DNA of 64,000 bases from Patescibacteria group bacterium (GCA_043812515.1 JBDRMC010000004.1:724-64723); one strand, 5' to 3'; shown: positions 50,941-61,457, numbered from the stretch's first letter. Numbers and translations are program-made. The notes: generated from the sequence alone by a model not told the origin.

Positions 50941-52194
50941 TTAAGTGTTTTCTCTTTTTATATTGGCGCCCAAAGCTTTAAGGCGCTCGTCTATTTTATA
51001 ATATCCCCTGTCTATTTGATAAACATTATCAATTACGCTTTGGCCTTTTGCTATAAGAGCCGCGATTAAAAGCGCCATTCCCGCGCGAATATCGGGACTA
51101 TAAATTCTTTTGCCGAAAAGAGGCGCGGGACCTCTTACAATGACCCGGTGCGGGTCGGCCATGGTGATATCCGCCCCCATTTGATTCAAGATATCGGTGT
51201 AAAATAACCGGCCGTTGTAAATCGTTTCGTGAATCAACGACATCCCTTCCGCCTGAGTCATTAAGACCGTAAATGGAGCTTGCAAGTCCGTGGCGAATCC
51301 GGGGTATTCTCGCGTCGTTATATCGACGGATTTTAATTTTTTGGAGGGTTTCACTATAACATAATCTTTTCCGACTTCAAGATTGGCGCCGGCCTTTTCA
51401 AGCATAGCCAATAAAACATCCAAATGAGAAGTGTCGCAATTTTCCACTTTTATATTGCTGTTGGCTGCCACTCCCAGAATTATAAACGTTCCGGCTTCAA
51501 TTCTGTCGGGCATGCCGGCCCATTTTCCTCCGTTTAGCGATTTGACTCCCTCGATTGTCACCGTCGGCGTTCCGGCGCCATAAATCTTGGCGCCAAGAGA
51601 ATTTAAAAATGTCGCGAGATTTTCAATTTCCGGCTCGCAGGCCGTATTTTTCAAGACGGTTTTTCCTTCCGCTAAAACGGCAGCCATCATAAGCGTTTCG
51701 GTGCCCGTAACACTTATCATTGGAAAAACAAATTTATTGCCGATAAGTTTTTTATTTTTTGCAATCGCGGTAAAATTTGAGCCGGTTCTTTTAATAGAGG
51801 CGCCGAACGATTTAAATCCGTCAACAAAAAAATCAATAGGCCGTTTACCCAGAGTGCAGCCACCGGGATGAGGAAAAGAAACTCTGCCGGTGCGTGCCAA
51901 TAAAGGGCCCGTTAATACAATGGAAGCTCTAAAACGATCGGCGATGCCGTAATTCAGTTCACTTTTTTTAAGGTGAGAACAATCAAACATATCGAAATTA
52001 TTTTTAACTCCCAAATCGGCAAGAAGTTCTTTCATCCGATGAATATCTTCGATTTGCGGCAGATTGGCGATCTCTACGGGTTTTGAAGTAAGAATTGAAG
52101 CGGCCAATATTTTCAAAGCCGCATTTTTAGCGCTGTAAACAGAAATCTTGCCTTCCAATTTTTTTCCGCCATTTATTATAAATCGCTCATTCAT
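50941..52194 (-). CDS. murA: UDP-N-acetylglucosamine 1-carboxyvinyltransferase
   Basis: 417 aa. INGGKKLEGKISV..., active-site loop PHPGGCTLGKRPID (Cys retained). Confidence 0.95.
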   Translation of the reverse strand: MNERFIINGGKKLEGKISVYSAKNAALKILAASILTSKPVEIANLPQIEDIHRMKELLADLGVKNNFDMFDCSHLKKSELNYGIADRFRASIVLTGPLLARTGRVSFPHPGGCTLGKRPIDFFVDGFKSFGASIKRTGSNFTAIAKNKKLIGNKFVFPMISVTGTETLMMAAVLAEGKTVLKNTACEPEIENLATFLNSLGAKIYGAGTPTVTIEGVKSLNGGKWAGMPDRIEAGTFIILGVAANSNIKVENCDTSHLDVLLAMLEKAGANLEVGKDYVIVKPSKKLKSVDITTREYPGFATDLQAPFTVLMTQAEGMSLIHETIYNGRLFYTDILNQMGADITMADPHRVIVRGPAPLFGKRIYSPDIRAGMALLIAALIAKGQSVIDNVYQIDRGYYKIDERLKALGANIKRENT

Positions 52195-52235
52195 AGTGTG
52201 ACTATATGCTAAAAATATGGTATTTGTAAAGTATT

Positions 52236-53084
52236 ATGACCAGACGGATTAGACGTTTTATTTTTTTAATGTTTGTCGTGGTTTTCGCCGTTACAAGCGC
52301 TGTTATCGCGCTATTTGCTCAAGGTTATAGATTTGATTTTAGCTCTCTGAAAGTTGTAAAGACCGGCGGTATTTTTATTAATACCTCCGTTGATGGAGCC
52401 AAAATTTATATTAACGACAAGTATATAGGAGCGACTAACGGAATTTTGAAATTCACTAATTTAGTGAGCGGTTTAACGCCAAAAAATTACAATATTTTTA
52501 TATACAAAGAAAACTATTATCCGTGGAATAAAGTAATTGAAGTTAAAAATGGGATGGTCGTTGAATTGAATAATATAATCTTGTTCCCGCTGGAGCTTAA
52601 AAGAACCAAAGTGATTGAAACGCCGTCCCAAACATTTTCCGAGTTTGCCATAAGTGACGGCAAATTAGAAATAAAAAATGCTAAAACAAAAACTGTTAAA
52701 ATTTACGATTTAAAAAATGGCGAGCTGTTAACAAAAAGCAATTTTATACTAGCCACTTCATCAAGTGAAATTATTTCTCCGGATAAAAACAAAAAACTTT
52801 TTCTTTCGAACAACAAACTTTGGGTAGATAAAGATTTGGTAGCCTCTTTTGACTCGCCGGTTGATTTCTTTGATTGGTTTGACGACTCCGGGCATTTGCT
52901 CTGGCTCAACAACAATGAATTAACGATCGCCGAATTGGACAACCGGGGAGGCAAGCGCAACAGCGTCAAATATTATCTCAATATTGATTCCCCTGTTTTC
53001 TGGGATCGCGCCAATTCCGATTTTTATTTCTTCGACAAAACCCCCAAAACAGACGTTTTATACAAAATAAATCTAAAAGTCTAA
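52236..53084 (+). CDS. membrane-anchored PEGA-domain protein
   Basis: TM helix, then GGIFINTSVDGAKIYINDKYIGATNG (PEGA-like). Confidence 0.6.
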   Translation: MTRRIRRFIFLMFVVVFAVTSAVIALFAQGYRFDFSSLKVVKTGGIFINTSVDGAKIYINDKYIGATNGILKFTNLVSGLTPKNYNIFIYKENYYPWNKVIEVKNGMVVELNNIILFPLELKRTKVIETPSQTFSEFAISDGKLEIKNAKTKTVKIYDLKNGELLTKSNFILATSSSEIISPDKNKKLFLSNNKLWVDKDLVASFDSPVDFFDWFDDSGHLLWLNNNELTIAELDNRGGKRNSVKYYLNIDSPVFWDRANSDFYFFDKTPKTDVLYKINLKV

Positions 53085-53095
53085 TTAAAATTATC

Positions 53096-53527
53096 TTATC
53101 GCTTGCTCCACTGCGGGGCGCGGCGGGCGCCTTTAAGGCCCGGTTTCTTTCTTTCTTTTTTTCTCGGGTCGCGGGTTAAAAAGTCAATGGTTTTTAATAC
53201 AATTTTTAGTTCAGGTTGAGCTATAACCAACGCCCGGCTGATTGCATGCCGAGACGCATCCGCTTGGGCCTGCAATCCCCCGCCCGCGATTTTAAGCGTT
53301 ACGGAAAACGCCGTGATACCGGTTTTTACAAACGGACTCCTCACAATATCCAACTGTTCTTTGCTCTTGAAATACTCTGTGAAATTTTTCCCATTTACTG
53401 TTATTTCTTCTTTTTTCACGCCAAGTTTAACTCTAGCCCTGGCTGTAGCTGTTTTTCTTCGGCCGACAGCTTCGTAATATTTCTCTTCCACTTTTTTAAT
53501 TTCTTTTTTTGGTTTTTTTACCGGCAT
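53096..53527 (-). CDS. rpsI: 30S ribosomal protein S9
   Basis: C-terminus RDPRKKERKKPGLKGARRAPQWSKR. Confidence 0.95.
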   Translation of the reverse strand: MPVKKPKKEIKKVEEKYYEAVGRRKTATARARVKLGVKKEEITVNGKNFTEYFKSKEQLDIVRSPFVKTGITAFSVTLKIAGGGLQAQADASRHAISRALVIAQPELKIVLKTIDFLTRDPRKKERKKPGLKGARRAPQWSKR

Positions 53528-53530
53528 ATT

Positions 53531-53926
53531 TTATTTTACTATTTTTTCACCCTCCGGGTGATCACCCGAAGAGGTGACAATGGTTAATCTTTTCATGAGT
53601 TTGGCTCGCAGTCGGTTTTTATTAAGCATTCTTAAAACCGCCAATTTAAGACCCCGTCCAAAATCTTTCTTTATCAAATCCGGATATTTAATCGCTTTAA
53701 GCCCTCCCTGATAACCCGAGTAATGATAAAATATTTTTTGGGTTCCTTTTTTTCCGGTAAGGACAATTTTTCCAAAATTAAATACCCGGACGGTAATCAT
53801 CGGGTCTAAATGTGGCGTATAATTTATTTCTCTTTTACCTCGCAACAAAGAAGCGACTTCCGACGCTAAACGTCCGAGCGATTTGCCGCTGGCGTCAATA
53901 TCATAATTTTTGAGCTTGATTGCCAT
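53531..53926 (-). CDS. rplM: 50S ribosomal protein L13
   Basis: IDASGKSLGRLASEVASLLRGK...YHYSGYQGGLK. Confidence 0.95.
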   Translation of the reverse strand: MAIKLKNYDIDASGKSLGRLASEVASLLRGKREINYTPHLDPMITVRVFNFGKIVLTGKKGTQKIFYHYSGYQGGLKAIKYPDLIKKDFGRGLKLAVLRMLNKNRLRAKLMKRLTIVTSSGDHPEGEKIVK

Positions 53927-53927
53927 A

Positions 53928-54278
53928 TTATTTAACGAATTCTATTATCGCCATTCTGGCGCCGTCATTTTTTCTATTAGCGATTTTCAAAATCCTCAAA
54001 TAACCGCCTTGCCGTTCTTTGAAACGCGGCACCAACTCCTTAAATAATTTGTTTACCGGTTTAATTGCCAAACTTTTTAATAAAAGGCGCCTGCTGGATA
54101 AGGTTTCCTTTTTTGCCGTGTTAATCATTTTTTCAACAAGCGGCCTGATTTCTTTGGCCCTGGCTTCGGTGGTTCTTATCCTTTCTTTTAAGATTAAACT
54201 GTTTCCCAAATTCGATAAAAAAGCCTTCCTGTAATCAGCCGTCCTGCCGAATTTTCTATTTTTTTTCAAATGCTTCAT
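53928..54278 (-). CDS. rplQ: 50S ribosomal protein L17
   Basis: MKHLKKNRKFGRTADYRKAFLSNL...TTEARAKE. Confidence 0.95.
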   Translation of the reverse strand: MKHLKKNRKFGRTADYRKAFLSNLGNSLILKERIRTTEARAKEIRPLVEKMINTAKKETLSSRRLLLKSLAIKPVNKLFKELVPRFKERQGGYLRILKIANRKNDGARMAIIEFVK

Positions 54279-54286
54279 TGTTTTAT

Positions 54287-55264
54287 TTATTCATCTTGTC
54301 TAAGCGTAAGCCCCAATTTACCCAGCGACTTTTTGATTTCTTTGAGCGCTTTTTCGCCGAATTCTTCCAAATCAAGCAATTCTTTTTGACTTAACCGTAA
54401 AAGACCAGCCACGGTTTTTATATGGTTGCTTAAAAGAATATTTTGAGTGCGATTTGAAAGTTTCAAATCTTCTATTTTCGTTTTAACTACAATATCGGTA
54501 TCTTCTTTAACAGTCTCGCTTTTCAACGGTTTCTCGCTTTTTTCAATTTCCTTTTTATCCGCTTTGCCGGCTTTTATCGGAGCGGCGACAATTTCAAGAT
54601 GTTCGATAAGTAAATCCGTTGCGTTCTTTAGCGCCTCAGCCGGGGTTATGGTGCCGTCGGTTTCAATGTCAAATTTCAACCTGTTGTAATTCGTTTTATC
54701 CCCAACCCGCATGTCTTCTATTTCAAAATTAATGGTTTTAACGGGAGTGAAAATGGCGTCAACCGCGATAGCGCCTATTTCTTGTTTTTCCCGTTTGCGC
54801 GATTCAATCGTTGAATAACCGACTCCTTTTTCAATTTTAAGTTCCATTTCCAAGGACGCGCTTTTTGCGGTTAAAGTGGCAATATGCGCGTCGGGACTCA
54901 TAACTTCAACTTGAGAAGACGTTTTTATGTCTTTTGCCGTAACCTCTTTTTCTCCCTTAACTTTTAAAGTCGCCGTTTGCTGTTCATCTCCATAAAGCTT
55001 AAACCTGACCTGTTTAAGATTTAAGACTATCTCAACTACGTCTTCAATGATTCCCGGTATGGTTGAAAACTCATGATTTACATCTTTTATTTTTACTGAA
55101 GTTACCGCGGCGCCGGCAAGAGATGACAACATAACGCGCCGTAAAGCGTTGCCGATGGTTAATCCATAGCCGGGATAAAGTTCTTCTATTTCCAAAATAG
55201 CCCGATGCGATGAAATTTGTTCAACTAATTTTGGCGCTTTCGGCAGAGATATTTTTGTTTCCAT
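54287..55264 (-). CDS. rpoA: DNA-directed RNA polymerase alpha subunit
   Basis: GYGLTIGNALRRVMLSSL, plus C-terminal domain with LSNRTQNILL...LLRLSQKELLDLEEFGEKA. Start trimmed to ATG 55264 so it no longer overlaps rpsD. Confidence 0.9.
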   Translation of the reverse strand: METKISLPKAPKLVEQISSHRAILEIEELYPGYGLTIGNALRRVMLSSLAGAAVTSVKIKDVNHEFSTIPGIIEDVVEIVLNLKQVRFKLYGDEQQTATLKVKGEKEVTAKDIKTSSQVEVMSPDAHIATLTAKSASLEMELKIEKGVGYSTIESRKREKQEIGAIAVDAIFTPVKTINFEIEDMRVGDKTNYNRLKFDIETDGTITPAEALKNATDLLIEHLEIVAAPIKAGKADKKEIEKSEKPLKSETVKEDTDIVVKTKIEDLKLSNRTQNILLSNHIKTVAGLLRLSQKELLDLEEFGEKALKEIKKSLGKLGLTLRQDE

Positions 55265-55274
55265 AATTTTTTTA

Positions 55275-55901
55275 TTATCTTGAATAATAAGAGACCACCG
55301 CATTAATATTTAAATTTTTTGGCAAATCCTCAATTTTAGGAACAGATTTTACTTTTATTTCAAAAATAGTTTTGTCAACGGCAAGCCAAGATGGTATTTC
55401 GCGCTTTTTAAGCTTATTAGCCAAATCAAAAAACACCGCTTTATTCCGACTCCGCGAATTAATGGTTATAACATCGCCTGCTCGCGTCGGGTATGAAGGA
55501 ATGTTAACTTTTTTATTATTCACCAAAAGATGGCCATGGCTTACCAATTGCCGCGCCATAGTTCTTGAAGGCGCGAATCCGCTTCTAAATACCGCGTTGT
55601 CTAACCGAGCTTCAATGACGCTTAATAATAAATCTCCTGTGATTCCTTTTTTTCGAATAACCTCGTTATAATATTTTTTGAGTTTCTTTTCAGTAAGGGA
55701 ATAGGTTATCTTTATCTTTTGCTTTTCCAAAAGCTGCGTTCCGAATTCCGATAAAGCTCGACGCCTGGCTTTACCGTGGGCGCCCGGTTTGTAAGGTTTT
55801 TTCAAAAAAGCCGATTTTGGCGAAAATGACCTTTCGGCTTTTAAGCCCAAGTTTTCGCCGATTTTTCTTGATAATTTTTCTTTCGGTCCGGTATAGCGCA
55901 T
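55275..55901 (-). CDS. rpsD: 30S ribosomal protein S4
   Basis: MRYTGPKEKLSRKIGENL... and S4 RNA-binding domain RLDNAVFRSGFAPSRTMARQLVSHGH. Confidence 0.95.
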   Translation of the reverse strand: MRYTGPKEKLSRKIGENLGLKAERSFSPKSAFLKKPYKPGAHGKARRRALSEFGTQLLEKQKIKITYSLTEKKLKKYYNEVIRKKGITGDLLLSVIEARLDNAVFRSGFAPSRTMARQLVSHGHLLVNNKKVNIPSYPTRAGDVITINSRSRNKAVFFDLANKLKKREIPSWLAVDKTIFEIKVKSVPKIEDLPKNLNINAVVSYYSR

Positions 55902-55908
55902 ATATATA

Positions 55909-56367
55909 TTATACTCTTCTGACTTTTTTCGGCCGCGGGCCGTTGTGCGGAGCGGGCGTTGTGTCTTTTATCAATATTACATTTAAACCGTGCCCGACCA
56001 AAGCTCTTACGGCAGATTCGCGGCCGGAACCGATTCCTCTTACAAAAATTTCAACTTCGGCAAAATCAACTTTTTTAACTTTTTCCAAAACAGCTTCGGC
56101 TACTTTTGAGGCCGCGTAAGGCGTGGCTTTTTTAGGCCCCTTAAATCCCAAAGAACCGGCGGAAGACCAAGCCAAAACATCACCCTTATCATCGGCTACG
56201 ACAATTGACGTATTGTTGTAGCTTACTTGGATGAAAAATTTACCCTTAATAATTCTCCGGCTGGATTTGGCGCTCGTCAATTCCGAAGGTTTTTCCACCC
56301 CTTGAATCTTTGCCCCTTCCTTGAGAAGTTCTTCTTCAGTTTGTTTTTTTATTTTCTTTTTCCCCAT
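55909..56367 (-). CDS. rpsK: 30S ribosomal protein S11 (with N-terminal extension)
   Basis: FIQVSYNNTSIVVADDKGDVLAWSSAGSLGFKG...TPAPHNGPRPKKVRRV. Confidence 0.95.
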   Translation of the reverse strand: MGKKKIKKQTEEELLKEGAKIQGVEKPSELTSAKSSRRIIKGKFFIQVSYNNTSIVVADDKGDVLAWSSAGSLGFKGPKKATPYAASKVAEAVLEKVKKVDFAEVEIFVRGIGSGRESAVRALVGHGLNVILIKDTTPAPHNGPRPKKVRRV

Positions 56368-56370
56368 TTT

Positions 56371-56760
56371 TTATGTTTTTTCCGATGATTTTTTACGTCC
56401 CGAACCGACTGTTTTTCTGACGTTGCCTCTTCGAGTCCTTGAATTAGTTTTGGTTCTCTGACCCCTAACCGGCAAGCCGCGGCTATGGCGAGAACCGCGA
56501 TAGGAGCCGATTTCTTTCAGCCGTTTGATATTGCTTTGAATTTCTCTTTTTAGTTCGCCTTCAATTTTGTAATTTTTTTCTATAAAATCTCTAAGTTTAT
56601 TTGCCTCCTCCTCTGTCAATTCAGAAGTCTTTTTGGAAGCGTCGATTTTTAAATTGGAAACAATTTTTCTAGCCAAACTTTGGCCTATACCGTAAATATA
56701 AGCCAAGGACACGACTATTTTTTTATTTTCCGGAATAGTAACTCCGGCGATTCTTAACAT
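56371..56760 (-). CDS. rpsM: 30S ribosomal protein S13
   Basis: MLRIAGVTIPENKKIVVSLAYIYGIG...GSYRGSRHSRGLPVRGQRTKTN. Confidence 0.95.
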   Translation of the reverse strand: MLRIAGVTIPENKKIVVSLAYIYGIGQSLARKIVSNLKIDASKKTSELTEEEANKLRDFIEKNYKIEGELKREIQSNIKRLKEIGSYRGSRHSRGLPVRGQRTKTNSRTRRGNVRKTVGSGRKKSSEKT

Positions 56761-56766
56761 ATTTTT

Positions 56767-56880
56767 TTAACCCTGTTTTTGCTTATGTTTCGGATTTAAA
56801 CACGTAACATAAAGACGCCTGCGGCGGCGTACTATTTTACATTTAGCGCAAATTTTTTTAACACTCGCTCTAACTTTCAT
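56767..56880 (-). CDS. rpmJ: 50S ribosomal protein L36
   Basis: Hand-translated 37 aa [37 protein letters not shown], below the ORF-track cutoff. ATGA overlap with the infA stop. Confidence 0.9.
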   Translation of the reverse strand: MKVRASVKKICAKCKIVRRRRRLYVTCLNPKHKQKQG

Positions 56881-57089
56881 GTTCTTCTAGTAATTCGGCC
56901 ACGCTTTCCGTCAACAGACAGCTCAACCTCGACTTTGTCGCCAACGAGAACTCTAATAAAATTGAGCCTCATTTTGCCCGACAAATGAGCTAAAACTTCT
57001 GCATTATCATCTAGCCTTACCTTAAACGTAGTATTGGGCAGCGCCTCAATGACAGTGCCGGTAAATGTAGGCCTTTTATTATTTATCAC
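56877..57089 (-). CDS. infA: translation initiation factor IF-1
   Basis: [48 protein letters not shown]. Confidence 0.95.
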   Translation of the reverse strand: MINNKRPTFTGTVIEALPNTTFKVRLDDNAEVLAHLSGKMRLNFIRVLVGDKVEVELSVDGKRGRITRRT

Positions 57090-57097
57090 GTCAATTA

Positions 57098-58705
57098 TTA
57101 TTTGTCAAGAATAATATTAATTTTATCCGAGTTGCTGGGAGCTTGTCTAACCCAAAGCGGCCACAGAGAAATTGTGGCGCTCTGAATAAAATTTTTATTA
57201 GAAATAATATTTCTCATTCCAATTTCATCAAGGCCAACCAACTCTTTTTTTAATTCGGCTAAATCAGCGGCAAAGACATTGCTTTTGTCAAAATTAAAAG
57301 TAAAAAATATTTCGCCTTTTTTAAAGTCTGATTTCACGGCTTGAGGATAAGTTATATTATCCTTAAAATCAAAATTTTTCAAGTCCGGATATTTGGCGGA
57401 AACAAAATAACCGACCAATGCCTTAAAGTTTGATTCTTTGAAAAATATCGCTTGCCAGCTTATTTTCATTGTCACTACATCAGAAGCGGCTTTAAACTCA
57501 TCAATTTTCACCGTTGAAGCGCCTTCTATCAATCTTAAATCGGAATTCTTAAATGTATTTATTACTTCATTTTTAAGTTCCGTCACAAGCGTGTTTTTAA
57601 GATCTTCTTTTGTTTTTTCTATATACTGGCTGGCAATAGTTGAAGTATCTTTTACCGGAGTCATTGTTTCCGTGCTTTTAGCGTAAAATCCGGCAAATTT
57701 TACCGTCTCTTTGAATCCCGGTATTGTAAAAAATGACGGCTCGATTTGATATTCTTCTCCGGCAGTATCGCTGATAACCTCCGCTTTTACGGAACTGGGA
57801 ATTAAATTGGACCCCGACATCTTCGCCCCCGGAACAATGACTGCGTTTTGAATCCTGAATATTTTCCCGTCTTTTGTTTCAAATCTGGTTTGCGCGACTA
57901 ATTTTTGAGCTGTGGTGCTGTAAGCGTTATATATATCTAAAGTGCCGCCGTATTTAGAAGGCAGATTGACGATTTCAGTTGAAGTTTCTATAACTTTTGA
58001 TCCCGATTTGGTTAGCAGGAAATATTGTCCCGGAATAATTCCATTGGCAAAATCGGGTACGCTTATATTTTTACTGACGGCAACAGAAATTGTGGCGCTT
58101 ATGGGCATTTCTTTTAAGGAGAGCCTAATATCGGCTTTGGGCAGCACCAAATACATCGCTGACGCTAAAAGCAAAATACCAATAACCGCAAACGTTTTGA
58201 CTATGCGGCCGAATGAAAAAAATTTCTTTGGAGAAGGTTTTTCTGCTGATTGATTATTATAAAAATCTTCTATATTTTTTTCCAAATCATTTTTACTGAC
58301 CGCCTCATAAATAACAACGGGCGGTTCTATTATTGGCTCCGGTTTTTGTTCTGGCTCCGGCTCTAATTCTGGTTCTAACTCATAAATTGGTTCTGGTGGG
58401 CGAACTATGTCCAACATTCTTTTTATTTTCTTTTCCGCCATAGGTGGCGTGGAATCGAATTCGGGTAGTTGAATTTTTCTGGCGAATTCCTTGATGTTGT
58501 CGTTTTCCGTGCTTATAGACAAATTTTTTCCGATGCTCTCGGCTTCTTCCTTCAAGATTTTTAGAGAATTCAAATCGGCAATCAAAATAGAATTTTTAGG
58601 CAAAACTAAAACAACCTCCTGATGTTTTGATTTCATTAATCGGTCAATTAAAACCGCGGCATCATCTTTGGTTCTCGCGCGGATTATTTCAAAACTTTCT
58701 AACAT
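57098..58705 (-). CDS. hypothetical membrane-anchored protein (535 aa) with PE-repeat linker
   Basis: Soluble N-domain of about 90 aa, [25 protein letters not shown] repeat, one TM helix ([17 protein letters not shown]), large extracytoplasmic beta-rich domain. No family assigned with confidence. Confidence 0.65.
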   Translation of the reverse strand: MLESFEIIRARTKDDAAVLIDRLMKSKHQEVVLVLPKNSILIADLNSLKILKEEAESIGKNLSISTENDNIKEFARKIQLPEFDSTPPMAEKKIKRMLDIVRPPEPIYELEPELEPEPEQKPEPIIEPPVVIYEAVSKNDLEKNIEDFYNNQSAEKPSPKKFFSFGRIVKTFAVIGILLLASAMYLVLPKADIRLSLKEMPISATISVAVSKNISVPDFANGIIPGQYFLLTKSGSKVIETSTEIVNLPSKYGGTLDIYNAYSTTAQKLVAQTRFETKDGKIFRIQNAVIVPGAKMSGSNLIPSSVKAEVISDTAGEEYQIEPSFFTIPGFKETVKFAGFYAKSTETMTPVKDTSTIASQYIEKTKEDLKNTLVTELKNEVINTFKNSDLRLIEGASTVKIDEFKAASDVVTMKISWQAIFFKESNFKALVGYFVSAKYPDLKNFDFKDNITYPQAVKSDFKKGEIFFTFNFDKSNVFAADLAELKKELVGLDEIGMRNIISNKNFIQSATISLWPLWVRQAPSNSDKINIILDK

Positions 58706-58746
58706 TGTTTTTATTATAACCTATTAATAAATCCACGGCAATAAAA

Positions 58747-60387
58747 TTATTCCAGTATCGCTTTAATCCGGCGCACGCCGGCAGAACTTGATTCTTCTTT
58801 GATAATTTTAAATTTCCCCAAGACTCCCGTACGTTCAACATGCGGCCCGCCGCAAATCTCTCGACTGAAGGGGCCGATTGTATAAACTTTTACCCGTTCG
58901 CCGTATTTTGATTCAAATACGCCGGTCGCTCCTGCCGTTTTTGCTTCTTCAATGGACATTTCTTCCATTTTTACCGGCAAATTTTCTTTAATTTTTTCAT
59001 TCACCATATCTTCCACTCGTTTGATTTCTTCAGGCGTCATTTTTTGGTTATAAGAAAAATCAAAGCGCAGGCGTTCGGATGTTATATTTGAGCCTTTTTG
59101 CGCTATTTGTTCGCCTAAAACCTGCCTTAACGCCGCCAGCATCAAATGCGCAGCTGTATGATATTTTATCGTCGCTTCGCTCGCGTCCGCCAATCCCCCC
59201 TTAAACATTCCGGCCGAAGCGGTACGGGAAAGTTCCTGATGTTTTTTGAATTCGGCATCGAAATCCGCCTGATTTAAATTTTCCGCTTTAGTTCCCGCGA
59301 AATCTTTAATAATATCAAAAGTTAACCCATAACTTTCAAATAATTTAAACGCGGATATGGCATCTAATTTTTCTAATTTATCAAGTTCACGCAATCCTTG
59401 TTGAATCGCTTTTTGGAATTTTGAATTTTCTTTGTGGAAAACCGACAAAATTAAATCTTCATTTAACTCCGGGTAAAAATTCTTGTATTCTTTAACAACT
59501 CGTTTCAGCAAATTTTCAATGTTTGCAATTTCTACGCCTTTTATGGCTATTATTCTTCGCATTAGCCGCCTTAAAATATAACCCTGTTCTTTATTGGACG
59601 GTATGACGCCGTCTGAAATAAGAAAGGAAATTGCCCGACAATGGTCAAGCATAATTCTATTGGTTTCAACAAGCGGTTTAAATAAGTCCGTTTCAAAAAT
59701 AGTTGAAACATTCTGTACCGCTTTTGCTAGCCGTTCAAGACCCATCCCCGTATCAACACATTTTTGTTTAAGAGAAGTTAAAGTTTTATCCGGATGCTGG
59801 TAATATTCGTTGAAAACCAAATTCCAAACCTCAACGCCATCAATGTAAATTTCCGTTGTTGGCCCGCAAGGGCCTTCATTGCCGGTTGGCCCCCAAAAAT
59901 TATCCTCGCGGCCGCATTTTTTTATTCTATAATCAGAAAGTCCCAATGATTTCCAAATGTTAAATGAATCCTTGTCTTCCAGCACATCGGTATCGCCGGC
60001 AAAAATTGATACATAGCAACGTTCCGGCGAAATTTTCAGTTCTTTAGTTATAAATTCCCAAGCCCATTCAATGGCATTCTCCTTAAAATAATCGCCAAAA
60101 CTGAAATTACCGAGCATCTCAAAAAAAGTAAGATGCGACTCGTCTCCAACACTGTTAATATCGGAAGTTCTAAATGATTTTTGAATTGATACTGTTCGAC
60201 GGACGCCAAAATCTTTAATTGGGTCTTTGGCACCGGTATAATATGGTTTGAATTGCTGCATCCCAGCGGTAGTTAAAAGCACAGATGAGTCGTCGTCCGG
60301 GACAAGAGAAGAAGATGACACGATTTTATGTCCTCTTTTCTCAAAAAACTCCAAAAACTTATTTCGTAATTCATTGGCTGTCATCAC
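58747..60387 (-). CDS. alaS: alanyl-tRNA synthetase, short form lacking the C-Ala domain
   Basis: ELRNKFLEFFEKRGH, FEMLGNFSFGDYFK, editing-domain HTAAHLM and CGGPHV. Ends right after the editing core at 546 aa. Confidence 0.85.
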   Translation of the reverse strand: MMTANELRNKFLEFFEKRGHKIVSSSSLVPDDDSSVLLTTAGMQQFKPYYTGAKDPIKDFGVRRTVSIQKSFRTSDINSVGDESHLTFFEMLGNFSFGDYFKENAIEWAWEFITKELKISPERCYVSIFAGDTDVLEDKDSFNIWKSLGLSDYRIKKCGREDNFWGPTGNEGPCGPTTEIYIDGVEVWNLVFNEYYQHPDKTLTSLKQKCVDTGMGLERLAKAVQNVSTIFETDLFKPLVETNRIMLDHCRAISFLISDGVIPSNKEQGYILRRLMRRIIAIKGVEIANIENLLKRVVKEYKNFYPELNEDLILSVFHKENSKFQKAIQQGLRELDKLEKLDAISAFKLFESYGLTFDIIKDFAGTKAENLNQADFDAEFKKHQELSRTASAGMFKGGLADASEATIKYHTAAHLMLAALRQVLGEQIAQKGSNITSERLRFDFSYNQKMTPEEIKRVEDMVNEKIKENLPVKMEEMSIEEAKTAGATGVFESKYGERVKVYTIGPFSREICGGPHVERTGVLGKFKIIKEESSSAGVRRIKAILE

Positions 60388-60398
60388 TTAATAATTTA

Positions 60399-61457
60399 TC
60401 ACATAATTATTCCTCCGCCTAGCATTTCACCATTATGGCTGTAGAACACCGCGCTTTGGCCGGAAGTTATTGCCCGTTGTGGAGTATTAAAAATTACTTT
60501 AGAACCAACAAGTAAAGCTTTTTGAAGCGGTTGTCGGTATCTGATGCGCGCCAAGCATTTCAATGGCAGTTTGGGCTGTTTTCCGGAAATCCAATTAATA
60601 TCTCTTACATTTAACTCTTTTGAAAATAGTTTCTCGTTCTCGCTTTCGGCAACCCATAATGTATTGGTATCAACATCTTTTGCCGCCACATAATAAGTCT
60701 TGCCTTGCTCGCCGGGCAAACTTCCTTTGATGCCAATTCCTTTTCTTTGTCCTATGGTATAGAAAATTGCGCCGTCATGAGTTCCCACAGTTTTACCTTC
60801 CAATGTTTTAATCGGTCCGGGAGTTTTTCCAAGTTTTTCTTTCAAAAATCTCGCTACATCAATCTCGCCGACGAAACAAACACCTTGAGAGTCGGGTTTT
60901 TCGGCTGTTGGCAATTTATATTTTTTTGCCAGCGTTCGTACTTGCGGTTTTGTATGCTCCCCTATGGGAAAAAGACAATGTTTTAGTTGCTCTTGCGTCA
61001 GCGTCCACAAAAAATATGTCTGGTCTTTTTCCACGTACATTGCGGCCGCAATACTTGTGAAATGATTATTTTTTACTAGTCGCGCGTAGTGGCCGGTGGC
61101 AATATAATCAGCGCCAAGTTTCAACGCTGTTTTTAAAAACAAGCCGAATTTTATTTCTTTATTGCACATCACATCGGGGTTAGGCGTACTTCCCAAGGCA
61201 TATCCCGAAACCATATAATCAACAACGCTTTTTTTAAATTCTTTTTCAAAATCAAAAACATAAAATGGAATATCCAAAGTGCCGGCAACTCTGCGTGCGT
61301 CTGTCGCGTCATCTTCGGCGCAATCGGTCAAAGACCAACCTTTCATATAGGCCCCAACAACATCATATTTTTTTAGCAACAACAAAGCGGCGACGGAACT
61401 GTCCACTCCGCCCGACATAGCAACAAAAACCTTTGGTTTTTTTCGTATTCTGGACAT
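60399..61457 (-). CDS. mnmA: tRNA 2-thiouridine(34) synthase
   Basis: VFVAMSGGVDSSVAALLL PP-loop, CNKEIKF, ATGHYAR. Confidence 0.9.
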   Translation of the reverse strand: MSRIRKKPKVFVAMSGGVDSSVAALLLLKKYDVVGAYMKGWSLTDCAEDDATDARRVAGTLDIPFYVFDFEKEFKKSVVDYMVSGYALGSTPNPDVMCNKEIKFGLFLKTALKLGADYIATGHYARLVKNNHFTSIAAAMYVEKDQTYFLWTLTQEQLKHCLFPIGEHTKPQVRTLAKKYKLPTAEKPDSQGVCFVGEIDVARFLKEKLGKTPGPIKTLEGKTVGTHDGAIFYTIGQRKGIGIKGSLPGEQGKTYYVAAKDVDTNTLWVAESENEKLFSKELNVRDINWISGKQPKLPLKCLARIRYRQPLQKALLVGSKVIFNTPQRAITSGQSAVFYSHNGEMLGGGIIM

